DNA of 47,571 bases from a virus: the UHGV virus genome UHGV-2008342; one strand, written 5' to 3'. A model generated the notes under the pieces. That model searched no databases, was not told the origin of the DNA, and saw only the letters and a list, made by a program, of their open reading frames with translations. Both the position numbers and the translations under genes were made by a program. Positions 1 to 11,898 of this stretch are shown in pieces. Each line of letters starts with the position of its first letter. Positions within the stretch are counted from its first letter, which is position 1.

Positions 1-1284
1 TTACAGACTTCTGGAAGGTTGCGCAGCTCTTACAACACGCGGTTGATCTTCCGCAGCGTCTTCCAGCGCACTTAAATCACGGTCTTTCACCTCTGGCATT
101 TTCAGCGCAGAGATTAAACCAATTACTGAATATGCCATGATCATAATGGCGATCGGATACCAGGATTCCGTCATGGTGCAGAAAATACCCGCCAGGATAG
201 GACCAAAACCGGAAGCGATAAGACCACCAATTTCTTTAGAAATAGCCATCCGGGTAAAGCGGTTTTTACAGCCGAACATTTCTGCCATGGTAATGTTTTC
301 CAGAGCAAATAATCCCAGCACCGCACAGTTATGAATCACAATCAGTGCAACCATAATGGTGCTCGGGGCATAGCTTTTATCTACAATGATAGAAAGCATT
401 GGCCATGCCAGCACAATCGCGGAGGTATTCATAATAATATACGGGATCCGGCGACCAATTTTATCGGATAACCAACCAAGGAACGGAATGGTCATAAAGC
501 CGAGAATCGAACTGATCATCAATGCATCTGTTGGAATTGCTTTGTTAAACAATAACGTCTGCACTAAATAGCCTGCAAGGAAAGTCTGAATTAACCCGGA
601 GTTACCCGCCTGACCAAAACGCAGCCCTGTTGCCAGCCAGAAGGATTTGCTCTGGAACATGCTACCAGCAGGTGCAGGTTTTGCTGTCGGTTGGTTACTG
701 TCGTTAACCTTCTCAAAGACCGGGCTTTCTTTCAGATTCATACGCAACCAGATAGCAAAGACCATCACGACAACGCTCGCCAGGAACGGTATACGCCATC
801 CCCACGCCAGCAGTTCCTCTTTACTGAGAATGAAGAACATAAAGGCCCAGATTGCCGTTGCGCTCAAGGTTCCGCAGTTAGTTCCCATAGCCACAAATGA
901 GGAGATAATTCCGCGCTTACCTTTTGGCGCATATTCCGCCAGCATCGTACCGGCACCGGAAATTTCCGCACCTGCACCCAACCCCTGAATAATACGCAAC
1001 GTCACCAGCAAGATGGGTGCAAAAACACCAATCTGTGCATAGGTCGGTAACACACCAATTAAGGTGGTACAGATCCCCATCATGGTGATGGTAATAAAGA
1101 GCACTTTTTTACGCCCTATTCTGTCGCCCATTTTGCCGAAAATAAATGCTCCGACAATACGCGCCACATAACCTGCACCGTAGGTTCCCATTGCCAGAAT
1201 TAACGCCATTGCCGTTGATGATTCAGGAAAAAATATTTCATGAAACACTAACGCTGCGCCGAGCGAATATAACTGGAAATCCAT
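1..1284 (-). CDS. ydfJ: MFS-family transporter, 5'-truncated at the prophage junction (12-TM sugar/shikimate-type permease)
   Basis: 427-aa ORF, stop at 1-3. Multiple hydrophobic segments and the GRKK/GDRIGRK MFS loop motif. The protein starts inside the first TM region compared with ShiA-type relatives, and AT-rich phage DNA lies immediately upstream. From memory, Qin-type prophages interrupt ydfJ. Confidence 0.75.
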   Translation of the reverse strand: MDFQLYSLGAALVFHEIFFPESSTAMALILAMGTYGAGYVARIVGAFIFGKMGDRIGRKKVLFITITMMGICTTLIGVLPTYAQIGVFAPILLVTLRIIQGLGAGAEISGAGTMLAEYAPKGKRGIISSFVAMGTNCGTLSATAIWAFMFFILSKEELLAWGWRIPFLASVVVMVFAIWLRMNLKESPVFEKVNDSNQPTAKPAPAGSMFQSKSFWLATGLRFGQAGNSGLIQTFLAGYLVQTLLFNKAIPTDALMISSILGFMTIPFLGWLSDKIGRRIPYIIMNTSAIVLAWPMLSIIVDKSYAPSTIMVALIVIHNCAVLGLFALENITMAEMFGCKNRFTRMAISKEIGGLIASGFGPILAGIFCTMTESWYPIAIMIMAYSVIGLISALKMPEVKDRDLSALEDAAEDQPRVVRAAQPSRSL

Positions 1285-1888
1285 AATTCACAGGTGTTTT
1301 TTCCCATCCTGTGGTTTCCTTGGCGTTTTCTAGGTTTTTTCAGATAGTTGCATTTTTTAAAAAGCATCCTAAGTTCGATCTCAGTGTCTATCTGGGGCCT
1401 ATTTCTGTCCCATATATGCCCCAAAAAAAACTCCCCAACAGATAAGTAGTTTTTTCATGGATTTATGCGTAAAATCAAGAACGGCTGGAAATCATTCAAT
1501 ACTCACACTATCGAAAAATTTACCAGCCAACCGCAGCACGTTCTTGCATAAGGCGTGTCTGCGGTTTTTCAACTATTCAGATACATCACTCCCATCACAT
1601 TCATTCCTCCGCATCAAAGGCATATAGGCTATATCACCTTGATATTTTTCTTTTTCAGATAAAAACTGTTATCTATGTATACTTTTAAACCCAATCCGTG
1701 TAGAGTCTCTGCATAAGATAGTTTACAGTTGCCGCTTCAGCTTGCGCCATAAACCGCCTGATTTTTGCTGCCACCTGTTAGCATTCCTGTATACCTGAAA
1801 CGACAATGTTTATCTACGAACTTTAAGAACACCCAAGATAAAAATTGTCAACTATATCATATATAACACATTACTAATTCGAGGCTAT

Positions 1889-2002
1889 ATGAACAGCATA
1901 CTGATAATCACATCTCTCCTTATCATATTCAGCATTTTTAGTCATGCCCTAATAAAATTAGGGATTGGCATATCCAATAACCCAGACAAAACCGATGTAT
2001 AA
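1889..2002 (+). CDS. candidate 37-aa hydrophobic small protein ([37 protein letters not shown])
   Basis: ATG with a GAGG Shine-Dalgarno 5 nt upstream. Single predicted TM helix. Below the ORF-track length cutoff. No homolog recalled. Confidence 0.25.
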
Positions 2003-2070
2003 GTCAACATATCCTGAATCAGACATACAATATCGCAATGAAAATCAATAATATTTTAAGGAATATCTTC

Positions 2071-2304
2071 ATGAAATCAAAAGACACCCTAAAGTGGTTC
2101 CCTGCGCAGCTTCCTGAAGTAAGAATTATCCTAGGGGATGCTGTAGTGGAAGTAGCAAAACAGGGAAGACCTATCAATACCAGAACATTGCTTGATTACA
2201 TTGAAGGAAACATAAAGAAAAAATCATGGCTGGATAACAAAGAATTATTACAAACAGCGATATCAGTTCTTAAAGACAACCAAAATTTAAATGGTAAAAT
2301 GTAA
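2071..2304 (+). CDS. ydfK: cold-shock-induced prophage protein YdfK/YnaE family
   Basis: 77 aa starting MKSKDTLKWFPAQLPEVRI with AAGGAA 9 nt upstream. Matches my recollection of Qin YdfK / Rac YnaE. Confidence 0.7.
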   Translation: MKSKDTLKWFPAQLPEVRIILGDAVVEVAKQGRPINTRTLLDYIEGNIKKKSWLDNKELLQTAISVLKDNQNLNGKM

Positions 2305-2620
2305 TATAATAAACTTACTTTTTTATCATTTTTCCACTTTAACAACATTTTGCTCCACTTTTCCACGACCAAACAACTTGAAATCTGGTTAAAATAACAC
2401 GCAACACTATTCTTCTTCCTTGAGTCCGCCCGGAACTCGAAAAACAAACCGAGTTAAAGCCATTTTTCACAAAATCGATTTTGGGTCTCACCAAAATTAC
2501 GGGGTTGCATACGCATTCGTTTATTTTCGAACGTGTACATACAAATATGCACAAAAATAATCATAATTATTTTCTGAGATGCATTATGATATGAACACCA
2601 ATTTCGTATAGAGTCTCACT

Positions 2621-3211
2621 ATGTCTCGAATTTTTGCTTACTGTCGGATATCAACGCTGGATCAGACCACCGAAAATCAACGCCGGGAAATCGAAAGTGC
2701 AGGTTTTAAAATCAAACCTCAGCAAATAATCGAAGAACACATTAGCGGCTCAGCAGCAACCAGTGAGCGTCCTGGTTTTAACCGGTTGCTTGCTCGCCTG
2801 AAATGTGGTGATCAATTGATTGTGACAAAACTGGATCGCCTTGGTTGTAATGCAATGGATATCAGGAAAACAGTGGAACAACTGACCGAAACAGGTATCA
2901 GAGTGCATTGCTTAGCATTGGGTGGCATTGACCTGACCAGTCCAACAGGAAAAATGATGATGCAAGTAATTTCAGCAGTCGCTGAATTTGAACGAGACCT
3001 TTTACTTGAACGCACTCATTCCGGGATAGTAAGAGCCCGCGGCGCAGGGAAACGTTTTGGTCGACCACCTGTGTTAAATGAAGAACAGAAACAGGTGGTA
3101 TTCGAACGAATTAAGTCAGGTGTAAGTATAAGTGCCATTGCCCGGGAATTCAAAACCTCGCGGCAAACCATTTTAAGAGCCAAAGCAAAACTTCAGACAC
3201 CTGACATATAA
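2621..3211 (+). CDS. pinQ: Pin/Gin/Cin/Hin-family serine DNA invertase
   Basis: 196 aa, N-terminal [15 protein letters not shown] with catalytic serine context, C-terminal HTH. Adjacent to tail-fibre genes as in e14, Qin, Mu and P1. Confidence 0.9.
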
Positions 3212-3308
3212 AAAATAATCTCGGTGTGAGATGCTTTACGTCTTCCAAGCCCCCTTCCTTGCCGTAAATGGAAAGATACATCTAATTATAGAATTTATAT
3301 GTTTTACC

Positions 3309-3884
3309 CTACGGCAGGGCTGGCCATTCAATATCCTGTGCAGTTGACGTATCAACACGGTTCAGCAATACCCGATACTTTTTCCATGCTTCCAGCAACG
3401 AGATTTCTTCCTCCGTTGCAATTTCCAGATCTGCAGCATCCTGAAGCGGCGCAATATGCTCACTGGCTACCTGCATCAGGTTGTTTTTTGTTTCTTCCGC
3501 CTCCCGGATCCGGAACAGTTTTTCTGCTTCCGTATCCTTCACCCAGGCTGTGCCGTTCCACTTCTGAAACTCCCCTTCCGGCGATAACCAGGTAACATTT
3601 TCCGGTAACGGACCGAGTTCAGAAATAAATAACGCGTCGCCGGAAGCCACGTCATAAACCGTTTTACCCCGATGATCTTCAACGAGATGCCACGATGACT
3701 CATCACTGTTGAAAACAGCCACGAAGCCAGCCGGAATATCTGGCGGTGCAATATCGGTACTGTTTGCTGGCAGACCTGTATGAGGCGGAATATATGCATC
3801 ACCTTCACCAATAAATTCATTAGTTCCGGCCAGCAGATTATAAATTTTTATGGTCCGTGGTTGTTCACTCATTCTGAATGCCAT
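3309..3884 (-). CDS. tfa: tail fibre assembly protein (Tfa)
   Basis: 191 aa, Tfa-family sequence; start overlaps the stf stop at 3884. Confidence 0.85.
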
Positions 3885-6800
3885 TATGCAAGCCTCACAA
3901 TATAGTTAAATGCGATGTTTTTGACGGTGTTTTCCGCGTTACCAGCAGCGTTAACGGTGATGGTGTGTCCATGTGAACCAATCGCAACGGAGTGCGTATG
4001 AGCACCAATACCGACAGTATGCGCGTGTGCACCTGCAGATGCTGCTGTGCCGGACAGTGAGTGGCTATGATTACCATCTGTACTGGTATTAGCTAACCAC
4101 CCCGTAGACATACCTACTGAGCCTTGTACACCCCAGGTATTTTGACCTGAGCTTGTATAACCATATTGATAAGTATCTTTAAAAACACTGGGGTTAAATC
4201 GACGGCCATCTCTATGGCTGTGATTACCAGCTGCATTCGTGCTGCCACTTAAACTATGGGTATGCGCACCAGTGTTATTCGTGGATTTAGTGCCGTAATC
4301 AAACGACGATGTGGTTTTCGTCCCCAAATCCGTACTGGATGCGCTGGCGCTGTGGGTATGCGATTTAATGCCGTCCTGTTCCTGAGACAATACGGCCCGA
4401 CCACTGGCAGGTTTGCCCTTAATCGTCCAGCCACGCATATCAGGGATCACGCCTGACGGATAAGCCGCTGCAAGTTTCGGGTATGCAGATTTGTCAAAAG
4501 TCTGCCCCTGCATCAGGGCATAGCCAGACGGAACGGTATCTGATGGCCACGGGATTGGTGCACCGACTGGATAAAACTCTGCAGGAGGATGAGCCGAGGT
4601 GTAAAGCTGCGCCCACGGCGACCAGTTTGCGTCGGTCGTATCCCGTCGTGAACGAATAAATGCCGGAGCATGAGCACCGCTTGTACCACTCCAGCCGATG
4701 AGTAACTCACCTTCGCCAACGGCTGTCATCCCTTTCAGGTGAATGATATTTCCATACGCTGTTGGATATCCGTTGTTATACACCTCGTATAACTCAAGAC
4801 CTGTTGCCCCCTGCGTATTGTCTGTCAGCGCGGTTACCCGACCTTTTGAAGACAGATTAACTGATGATACTGCTGTTCCACCTGACGGTAACGCCCCGAT
4901 CTCTGATGCCGTTGGCTTATTTCTGGAGTTATAGTCCCTTCGCCAGCCAGGTGAATAATCTGTTCCGTGATTAATATAGGTAAACTGGGCGTTAGTTGTT
5001 CCACCACCAGTGGAGGTGGTCGGTGTGGTAATGCGGATCGTCATCGCTGACTTTATCCCCATTACTTCAATGACAGCTCCGGCGAGATGAATATTACCGC
5101 AGTCAGTATCAGTAATGATTTTATTATTGCCATAAGACCAGGAACCCTTGCACATCCAGTAGGGATGGTTAAATGCTCCCTGAGAATCCAGCCACTCGAT
5201 AAACTGTGCAGTCGTCCAGTTTCCTGTTATTGTGCTTACTGACCCACCAAAGGCACGGCAGGCACCAATATTTTTCGTAAAGGTGTCTTTGCCAGGGATA
5301 TCCGCACCGTTCTGATCTTTCTGCAGACGTTTCTCAGCATTGTCATAGGCTGTTTTTACTGCCTTTGGTGTCGCGGCAAGCGTTTCAGACGTGCTGTTGG
5401 TCGCGCTGCTTAGCTGGATTATCCCTTTCTGTGCTGTCGTTGCATCCTGTGCGGTGTATTTCCCGTTAGCCAGGTCATACGCGGCCTTAACGGCTTTTGG
5501 TGTTGCCGCCAGTGACTCGGAAGTGCTGTTAGTCGCACTACTGAGCTGTACTATCCCCTTTTTCGTCGTGCTCGCATCCTCAAGCGCCACGGCGGATGCA
5601 ATATCCTCTGCCCGTTTTGCCGCTGTCTCAGCGCGCGTTGCTGCAGATTCCGCCGTACTTTTGCTCTGAGCTGCTGCCTTCGCACTACCAGCAGCCTCTG
5701 TCGCCTTCGTGGATGCCGTCGTGGCGCTGCCCTTCGCTGCTGACGCCTGTCTGGTCGCCTCATCTTTTGAAGCAGACGCCGATGATGCCGATGACGCCGC
5801 CGAACTGGCGGACGATGCCGCTGCCGTTTTTGAGGATTCTGCACGGGTTTCCGACGCTTTCGCGTTCGTTTCGGATGTCTTCGCTGCGGAAGCTGACCTC
5901 GCTGCTGCCGTGGCCTGCTCAGTGGCTTCGCCAGCCTTCGTTGTGGCTGTTGAAGCGGATGATGCGGCGCTTTCTGCCGATTTTCCGGCGGCGGTGGCAC
6001 TGGCTGAGGCCTGCCCGGCACTTGTTGACGCGGCACTGGCAGACGACGCAGCCGCTGTTTTTGAGCCTGCCGCAGCTGAGGCGCTCTGTCCCGCTGCCGT
6101 CTCAGAAGACCTGGCGTTCGTCTCGGACGTTTTTGCCGCCTTCGCGGAATTTCCTGCCGCCGTTGCCGAGGAAGCTGCGCTACTGGCGCTCAAGGATGCG
6201 TTCGTTTCTGATGATTTCGCTGCCTCTTTTGAGGCCGCCGCATCCCGGGCTGAGGTGGCAGCTTCTGACGCTTTCGTGGTCGCGGTGGATGCAGAAGTGG
6301 CGGCTGATTGTTCTGACGCTGCGGCATTCGTTTCTGACGTTTTCGCCGCACCGGCACTGGTAGCTGCCACGCTTTTTGAGGACTCTGCAGCGGCAGCACT
6401 TTTTGAGGCTTCAGTGGCCTTTGTTGATGCCGTTCCTGCGCTGGAAGACGCTGACTGAGCCGACGAAGCGGCCTGTCCGGCTGACGTGCTGGCTGCACGT
6501 GCTGAATCTGCAGCATCAGTCGCATGGGTTGCCGCCTCACGGGCAGATGTGCTGGCATCACTGGCTGACTTCTTCGCGGCTGCCGTGTTCTGTGCCACCA
6601 CGGACGCGTTACGCGCCACCTCTTCCACCATCAGTTCAAAACGGCGCAGTGCCTCAGGACGGGCATCATCCTCCGTCATGGCACCGAGAAAATCATTCAG
6701 CGTACCGGGTCGGGAATCTTCATACACGGTGATGGTCCCGGCATGTGACGGCGGGAATCCTTCCACCAACAGAATAACGCTGTACTGACCGTACTCAACG

Positions 6801-6961
6801 TCCATGCTGTAACGCCCGGCTTCATCCGGATTTTCTGAGGCCAGCGTGTTCACCACCACCGTGGTGCTGTTACGTTTTGCTTTCAGCTGGATTGTGCAGT
6901 TCTGTACCGGTTTTCCTGTGCCGTCTTTCAGTACACCTGAAATCTTTACTGCCATATTCAC
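3884..6961 (-). CDS. stf: side tail fibre protein (Stf)
   Basis: 1025 aa. Long Ala/Ser/Thr-rich low-complexity shaft and a C-terminal His-rich segment (HSHS...[23 protein letters not shown]). Position after lom as in lambda. Confidence 0.85.
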
Positions 6962-6964
6962 CCC

Positions 6965-6992
6965 ACAAAAAAGCCCGCCTGAACCGGCGGGC
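6965..6992 (-). terminator. intrinsic terminator downstream of lom
   Basis: Minus-strand hairpin GCCCGCC-GGTTCA-GGCGGGC followed by a T-run. Confidence 0.6.
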
Positions 6993-7019
6993 TGTCATAA
7001 CACTGTGTTACCTGGCTAA

Positions 7020-7619
7020 TCAGAACTTATAACCGACACCCATGATGAAACCGTCAGTGCGCCAGTCGCCACTGCCGGAGCCTTCATAAGCAATATCAAT
7101 GGCCACGGATTCGGTCGGGTTAAACTGCACGCCAGCTCCCCACGCCAGAGACGTGTTGCTGTGGCGACCGTCATCACTTCCGGTCAGCACGTCGTGCGTT
7201 TTCCCCTTGTTGTCAGTTACGCGGAGATAATCCCCGGAGAAAGTCGACACACGGCTGTAAGCCACACCCGCCATCGCATACGCGCTGAACCATTCATTCA
7301 CGCGCACAGACGGCCCCACCATCACGCTGAACCAGCGGTTACGAACGGAATCTTCATGCCAGCGGGTATCGCTGTAATGCGTTTTTTGCTCATCTTCAGC
7401 GTTGGCATAACTGAATGACGTAATCAGCCCCAGCGTGTCCGTAAACTCATAACGGTATTTCACGTTAATCCCGTTCAGATTATCGCTGCCGGGAGCGTTC
7501 GTACGGGCATGAAGATACCCTGCGCTCAGTGTGGCCTGCTGCTCAGACGCCCATGCAGGCGCACCGGATACGGCCAGACAGATGGCTGCGGACAAAATGG
7601 CTGCACAAACTTTACGCAT
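7020..7619 (-). CDS. lom: Lom outer-membrane protein (Ail/OmpX/PagC family)
   Basis: 199 aa, signal peptide ending AWA, C-terminal GYKF beta-barrel terminus. Lambda position between J and stf. Confidence 0.9.
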   Translation of the reverse strand: MRKVCAAILSAAICLAVSGAPAWASEQQATLSAGYLHARTNAPGSDNLNGINVKYRYEFTDTLGLITSFSYANAEDEQKTHYSDTRWHEDSVRNRWFSVMVGPSVRVNEWFSAYAMAGVAYSRVSTFSGDYLRVTDNKGKTHDVLTGSDDGRHSNTSLAWGAGVQFNPTESVAIDIAYEGSGSGDWRTDGFIMGVGYKF

Positions 7620-7643
7620 AATTACCTCTCGCTTTTCTGCAAT

Positions 7644-7667
7644 AAAAAAGGCGCCATTTCTGGCGCC
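7644..7667 (-). terminator. intrinsic terminator downstream of J
   Basis: Minus-strand hairpin GGCGCCA-GAAA-TGGCGCC followed by TTTTTT. Confidence 0.6.
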
Positions 7668-7686
7668 CGTATATGGGTTATAAAAT

Positions 7687-10600
7687 TCAGCTGATACTGA
7701 TGCCTGCGGTGGCTTTCTTCATCACCACAACCAGCAAATCGCTGATACTTGCTGTGGGATACCAGTCATTTACCAGCCATGCTGACACCGAAAACTCCAG
7801 CGTCATGTGGCCGTGACCAGCTGGCATATCAATAACACCACTGTAAATCAGCGTATTATCCAGCGCGGTACGGTTATAAATTTCAGCACCATTTTTCTTC
7901 ACTATCAGGCGGCATGACGAATAAATATCGTTATTCTCCCGCTCATGTTTAGCGCCGCAGAATGCCACCGCCGGAATAACAATTTGCCTGTCAAAAGGCT
8001 GATCGTCATAAATCCTGACGGTAATGGTCCCTGATGGCCACCGCTCCGGTGCCCGGGAGTCCCGCGGGAAAGCCTTACCCACTGTTTTGACAATATCGCC
8101 TTCAATCTGGTTGGCTGACAGTTTCCCTTTAATCTGACAGTTCTCATTTATCGTAACGTTGTTGAGCGTCCCGGAGTTCGCATTCACACTGCCACTGATA
8201 TCTGCATTTTTAGCGGTCAGCTTTCCGTCCGGTGTCAGGGAAAATGCAGGAGGATTACCGCCGCTGGTAATGGTGGGAGCCGTCAGATATTTCAGGAACA
8301 CTTCATTCATGAATATCTGATCACCCTGACCAACAAACATCGGTTTTGTGTTGCCATTTGCAGGATTAATCATCGCAATCCTGTCTGCCGCCAGCAGCAC
8401 CTGACTCTGCATGCCGTCGGGGGTGTTCTCAATACCGGCACCGATACCCGCGATATAAAGGCGTCCGTCCTGCATCTGCTGCAGCTTCACAGCCCACATG
8501 CTGTTCAGATTATTATTTGTATCAACCTGAACCTTCTGTATCTGCTGGATCGCTGCACTCTGGTCTTCCAGTTTCTTATTGACGGTCTGTGTGATTTCAT
8601 TGCTGACATCCGTAATGGATGTCCTGATTTCAGCCAGGTCAGGCGCAAGCTGACCGTTATCAATCTGCGTCCACAGCTCCTGAGCCAGATGGGTTTTCCC
8701 TATCTCGCCTTTGAAAAAATCCAGATAGCCGGATGCGTCATCACTCGGCTGACCAACAGCCTCCACGAATGCCGATTTGCCAACGGTGTTCACACTGCGA
8801 ACGTAAAAATAATAATTATGGCCCGGCCTGATATTGATACTGGCGGCTATCCAGTACAGCGCCGTGCCAAGATAGCGTGCTGTGGTTTCAACCTGCCTGA
8901 TATCCGCAATCCGCTTTTCCGAGAACCAGAACTCAAACTGTACCGTCGGATCATAAACCGCAAGATGCGGCGTGGCGGTTATCTGAAAATAGCCCGGCGT
9001 CAGCTCAATCCGCGACGGCGCTGCCGGTGCGGCAATCCGGAACGATACCGACGCCGGATCGCCCTGCTGCCCCCACGCATTTACTGCCCGGACTGTCAGC
9101 CTGTAGTTCCCCAGAGCCAGTTGTGTGAAGCGGTAAGTGGTTTCCGTCGTCCGGGCCGTGCTGACCAGCCGCTCACTGCCGTCATCCGCTGCCACGGTCA
9201 GGCGAAGCATGAAACTCACGCCCTTCACCACCTTCGGCGTGTCCCAGCGGGCCAGTACCTGATACTCCCCGCTGTCTGCGGTGACTTCGGCAGTCAGGTG
9301 CTGCACTGCTGGCGGCGTGACACCATTCACCGTGCCGCTCTGGTCGCCGTCAAAGTGCGCCCCGTTATCCACGATAGCTTCTTTTTCCGGTACATGCTGC
9401 ACGGCGGTGATGGCATACGTGCCGTCGTCGTTCTCACGGATACTCACGCAGCGGAACAGGCGCTGGCGCAGCGTCGGCAGCTTCAGCCCCCATACGCTGT
9501 ATCCGGCAACGCCGTCAGGAACACGGCTCACTTTTACCTTCACGCCGTCGGTGACGGACTGGACCTCCACGCTGACCGGATTGCCACTTCCGTCAACCAG
9601 GCTTATCAGCGTGGTACCGGAGGATGGCAGCGTGATTTCACGGTCGAGCGTCAGCGTCCGGGTCTGGCTGTTCACCGCCAGCACGCGCCCGCCGGTGCTG
9701 ATCCCCGCATAGTCATCATCGCAGATTTCAATGACATCGCCCGGCACATGGCGAAGCCCTTCCGCACCCACGCTGAAGTCCACGGTCTGCGTTTCCAGTA
9801 GTTCCGTTTTAATCAGCCACAGCCCGGCGCGGTGCGCCTGCCCCCGGCTGGTACAGCCAAAGGCATCCATCTTCGTGACGTTACGACCGTAACGGAGAAT
9901 GGCCTGCGTATCTTCAACAAGCTCTGTCGCCGTCTCCCAGCCGTTATCCGGGTCAATCCAGTTCACCTCAACGGCATTATGACGGTCCTTCAGGGCACTG
10001 AAGCTGTAGCGGAACGGCGCGCCATCATCCGGCATCACCACATTACTGCAGTTATAGGTCCACACCTTATCCGACGGTCGGTCCTGCACGAACGTCAGCG
10101 TCTGCCCGTTCCATACCGGCATACAGCGCATCGCCGAGCAGAAATCACTGAGAACATCCCACGCCTTGCGCTGTGTGGTCAGCCAGGCATTACAGGTGAT
10201 GCGCGGCTCCGTGCCACCAAAGCCATCCGGCACCGACTGGTCGCAATTCTGGCCGATGACATACAGCGCCCATTTGTCCACATCCGCCGCACCGAGACGC
10301 TTCCCCATGCCGTAGCGCGGATGGGTCAGCATATCCCACAGACACCAGGCCATGTTGTTGCTGTATGCTGGCTTAAACGTTCCGTCCCAGATACCGCTGT
10401 ATTGCCGCGTCTGCGGGTTATAGTTCGACGGCACCTGCAGAATGCGCCCGCGAAGATGATAATTACGGCTCACCTGCTGGCTGCCGAACTGTTCCGAGTC
10501 CACCTGCACGCCGACCAGTGCCGTGTTCGGGTAGCACTGTTTCACATCGATGATTTCGGTGTATGACGACCAGAGCGTTTTGTTCTGCAGCTGGTCTGTG

Positions 10601-11166
10601 GTGCTGTCCGGCGTCATTCTGCGCATCCGGATATTAAACGGGCGCGGCGGCAGGTTATCCACCACCACCGAGGCCAGATACTGCGAGGTGGTTTTGCCCT
10701 TAATGGTGATGTCTTTTTCCGTCACCCAGCCACCATTACGCTGTATCTGAACCAGCAGGCGAACTTCCGACGGATTCCGGTCCCCCTTTGAGGTGGTTTC
10801 CACCAGTGCCTGCACACCGAAGGTAAAGCGCAGTCGGTCGATGTTTGCCGACGTGATGGCGCGGGTGATCGGCGTGTCGTATTTCACTTCCGTACCCAAC
10901 ACCGTCTCGGAGCCGGAGGATTCAAATCCCTCCGGCGGTGTCTGCTCCTGCTCACCAGCCCGGAACACCACCGTGACACCGGCGATGTTGGTATTCCCAT
11001 CACTGTCCAGCACCGGCGTACTGTTCAGCAGCACGCTTTTTAATCCATCCACCGGACCTTCAATCGGCCCTTCACTGATGGCATCAATCACACTCAGCAA
11101 CTGCGTGGACTTCAGGTTGTCCTTCGCTTCGCGCGGGGTATGCCCCTTACTGCTTCCTTTACCCAT
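7687..11166 (-). CDS. J: tail tip host-specificity protein J
   Basis: 1159 aa. N-terminus [37 protein letters not shown] matches lambda J as I recall it. Central and C-terminal regions diverge from lambda. Confidence 0.95.
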   Translation of the reverse strand: MGKGSSKGHTPREAKDNLKSTQLLSVIDAISEGPIEGPVDGLKSVLLNSTPVLDSDGNTNIAGVTVVFRAGEQEQTPPEGFESSGSETVLGTEVKYDTPITRAITSANIDRLRFTFGVQALVETTSKGDRNPSEVRLLVQIQRNGGWVTEKDITIKGKTTSQYLASVVVDNLPPRPFNIRMRRMTPDSTTDQLQNKTLWSSYTEIIDVKQCYPNTALVGVQVDSEQFGSQQVSRNYHLRGRILQVPSNYNPQTRQYSGIWDGTFKPAYSNNMAWCLWDMLTHPRYGMGKRLGAADVDKWALYVIGQNCDQSVPDGFGGTEPRITCNAWLTTQRKAWDVLSDFCSAMRCMPVWNGQTLTFVQDRPSDKVWTYNCSNVVMPDDGAPFRYSFSALKDRHNAVEVNWIDPDNGWETATELVEDTQAILRYGRNVTKMDAFGCTSRGQAHRAGLWLIKTELLETQTVDFSVGAEGLRHVPGDVIEICDDDYAGISTGGRVLAVNSQTRTLTLDREITLPSSGTTLISLVDGSGNPVSVEVQSVTDGVKVKVSRVPDGVAGYSVWGLKLPTLRQRLFRCVSIRENDDGTYAITAVQHVPEKEAIVDNGAHFDGDQSGTVNGVTPPAVQHLTAEVTADSGEYQVLARWDTPKVVKGVSFMLRLTVAADDGSERLVSTARTTETTYRFTQLALGNYRLTVRAVNAWGQQGDPASVSFRIAAPAAPSRIELTPGYFQITATPHLAVYDPTVQFEFWFSEKRIADIRQVETTARYLGTALYWIAASINIRPGHNYYFYVRSVNTVGKSAFVEAVGQPSDDASGYLDFFKGEIGKTHLAQELWTQIDNGQLAPDLAEIRTSITDVSNEITQTVNKKLEDQSAAIQQIQKVQVDTNNNLNSMWAVKLQQMQDGRLYIAGIGAGIENTPDGMQSQVLLAADRIAMINPANGNTKPMFVGQGDQIFMNEVFLKYLTAPTITSGGNPPAFSLTPDGKLTAKNADISGSVNANSGTLNNVTINENCQIKGKLSANQIEGDIVKTVGKAFPRDSRAPERWPSGTITVRIYDDQPFDRQIVIPAVAFCGAKHERENNDIYSSCRLIVKKNGAEIYNRTALDNTLIYSGVIDMPAGHGHMTLEFSVSAWLVNDWYPTASISDLLVVVMKKATAGISIS

Positions 11167-11226
11167 TCCTCACGCTCCATAAACGACAAAACCGCCCGCA
11201 GGCGGTTTCACATAAAACATTTTGCA

Positions 11227-11898
11227 TCAGCGACCAATCACCACAACCTGACCACCGTCCCCTTCGTCTGCCGTGCTGATCTCCTGAGAAACCACGCGTG
11301 ACCCCACGCGCATTTCCCCGTACAGAACAGGCAGAACATTGCCCTGGGCAACCATGTTATCCAGTGAGGAGAAATAGGTGTTCTGCTTACCGTTATCCGT
11401 TGTCTGTGTACGGGGAGTTCTGGCTTTCGGTGCCAGCATCTGCGCCACACCACCGAGCACCATACTGGCACCGAGAGAAAACAGGATGCCGGTCATACCA
11501 CCGGCCCCAATGGCTGCCCCCCATGCTGCAAGGGTGGCTCCGGCGGTAAAGAATGATCCGGCAATGGCGGCAGCCCCCAGGACAATCTGGAATACGCCAC
11601 CTGACTTGGCCCCGGCGACTCTGGGAACAATATGAATCACAGCGCCATCAGGCAGAGTCTCATGTAACTGCGCCGTTAACCCGGACGTGCTGACGTCCCG
11701 CCCGGCAATCCGTACCTGATACCAGCCGTCGCTCAGTTTCTGACGAAACGCCGGGAGCTGTGTGGCCAGTGCCCGGATGGCTTCAGCCCCCGTTTTCACA
11801 CGAAGGTCGATGCGGCGACCAAATCGTTGTAAATCCCCGTAAAGGCAGATGCGCGCCATGCCCGGTGACGCCAGAGGGAGTGTGTGCGTCGCTGCCAT
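11227..11898 (-). CDS. I: tail assembly protein I
   Basis: 223 aa, MAATHTLPLASPGMARICLYGDLQRFGRR; overlaps K as in lambda. Confidence 0.95.
   Translation of the reverse strand: MAATHTLPLASPGMARICLYGDLQRFGRRIDLRVKTGAEAIRALATQLPAFRQKLSDGWYQVRIAGRDVSTSGLTAQLHETLPDGAVIHIVPRVAGAKSGGVFQIVLGAAAIAGSFFTAGATLAAWGAAIGAGGMTGILFSLGASMVLGGVAQMLAPKARTPRTQTTDNGKQNTYFSSLDNMVAQGNVLPVLYGEMRVGSRVVSQEISTADEGDGGQVVVIGR

Noticed and set aside
3299-3820. ORFs of 98 aa (plus) and 93 aa (minus) overlapping tfa
   Set aside because: They overlap the Tfa coding sequence. They might have been a second inverted fibre cassette, but neither has tail-fibre-like sequence.
5551-6788. Several long ORFs on both strands (Arg/Pro-rich and Ala/Asp-rich, up to 255 aa) overlapping stf
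   Set aside because: They lie inside the Ala/Ser/Thr-rich low-complexity region of the tail fibre gene. Such repetitive GC-rich coding sequence produces open shadow frames; the stf frame is the one with recognisable tail-fibre features.
3884-6961. Possible CRISPR-like or tandem-repeat array suggested by the repetitiveness in this region
   Set aside because: The repeats are imperfect codon-level repeats encoding the Ala/Ser-rich fibre shaft, not identical direct repeats separated by unique spacers. No CRISPR array is present anywhere in the window.
8689-10566. Plus-strand ORFs of 370, 143 and 244 aa antisense to J
   Set aside because: They sit entirely within the J coding sequence, whose product matches lambda J. 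Their composition is Arg/Pro/His-rich and unlike a protein.
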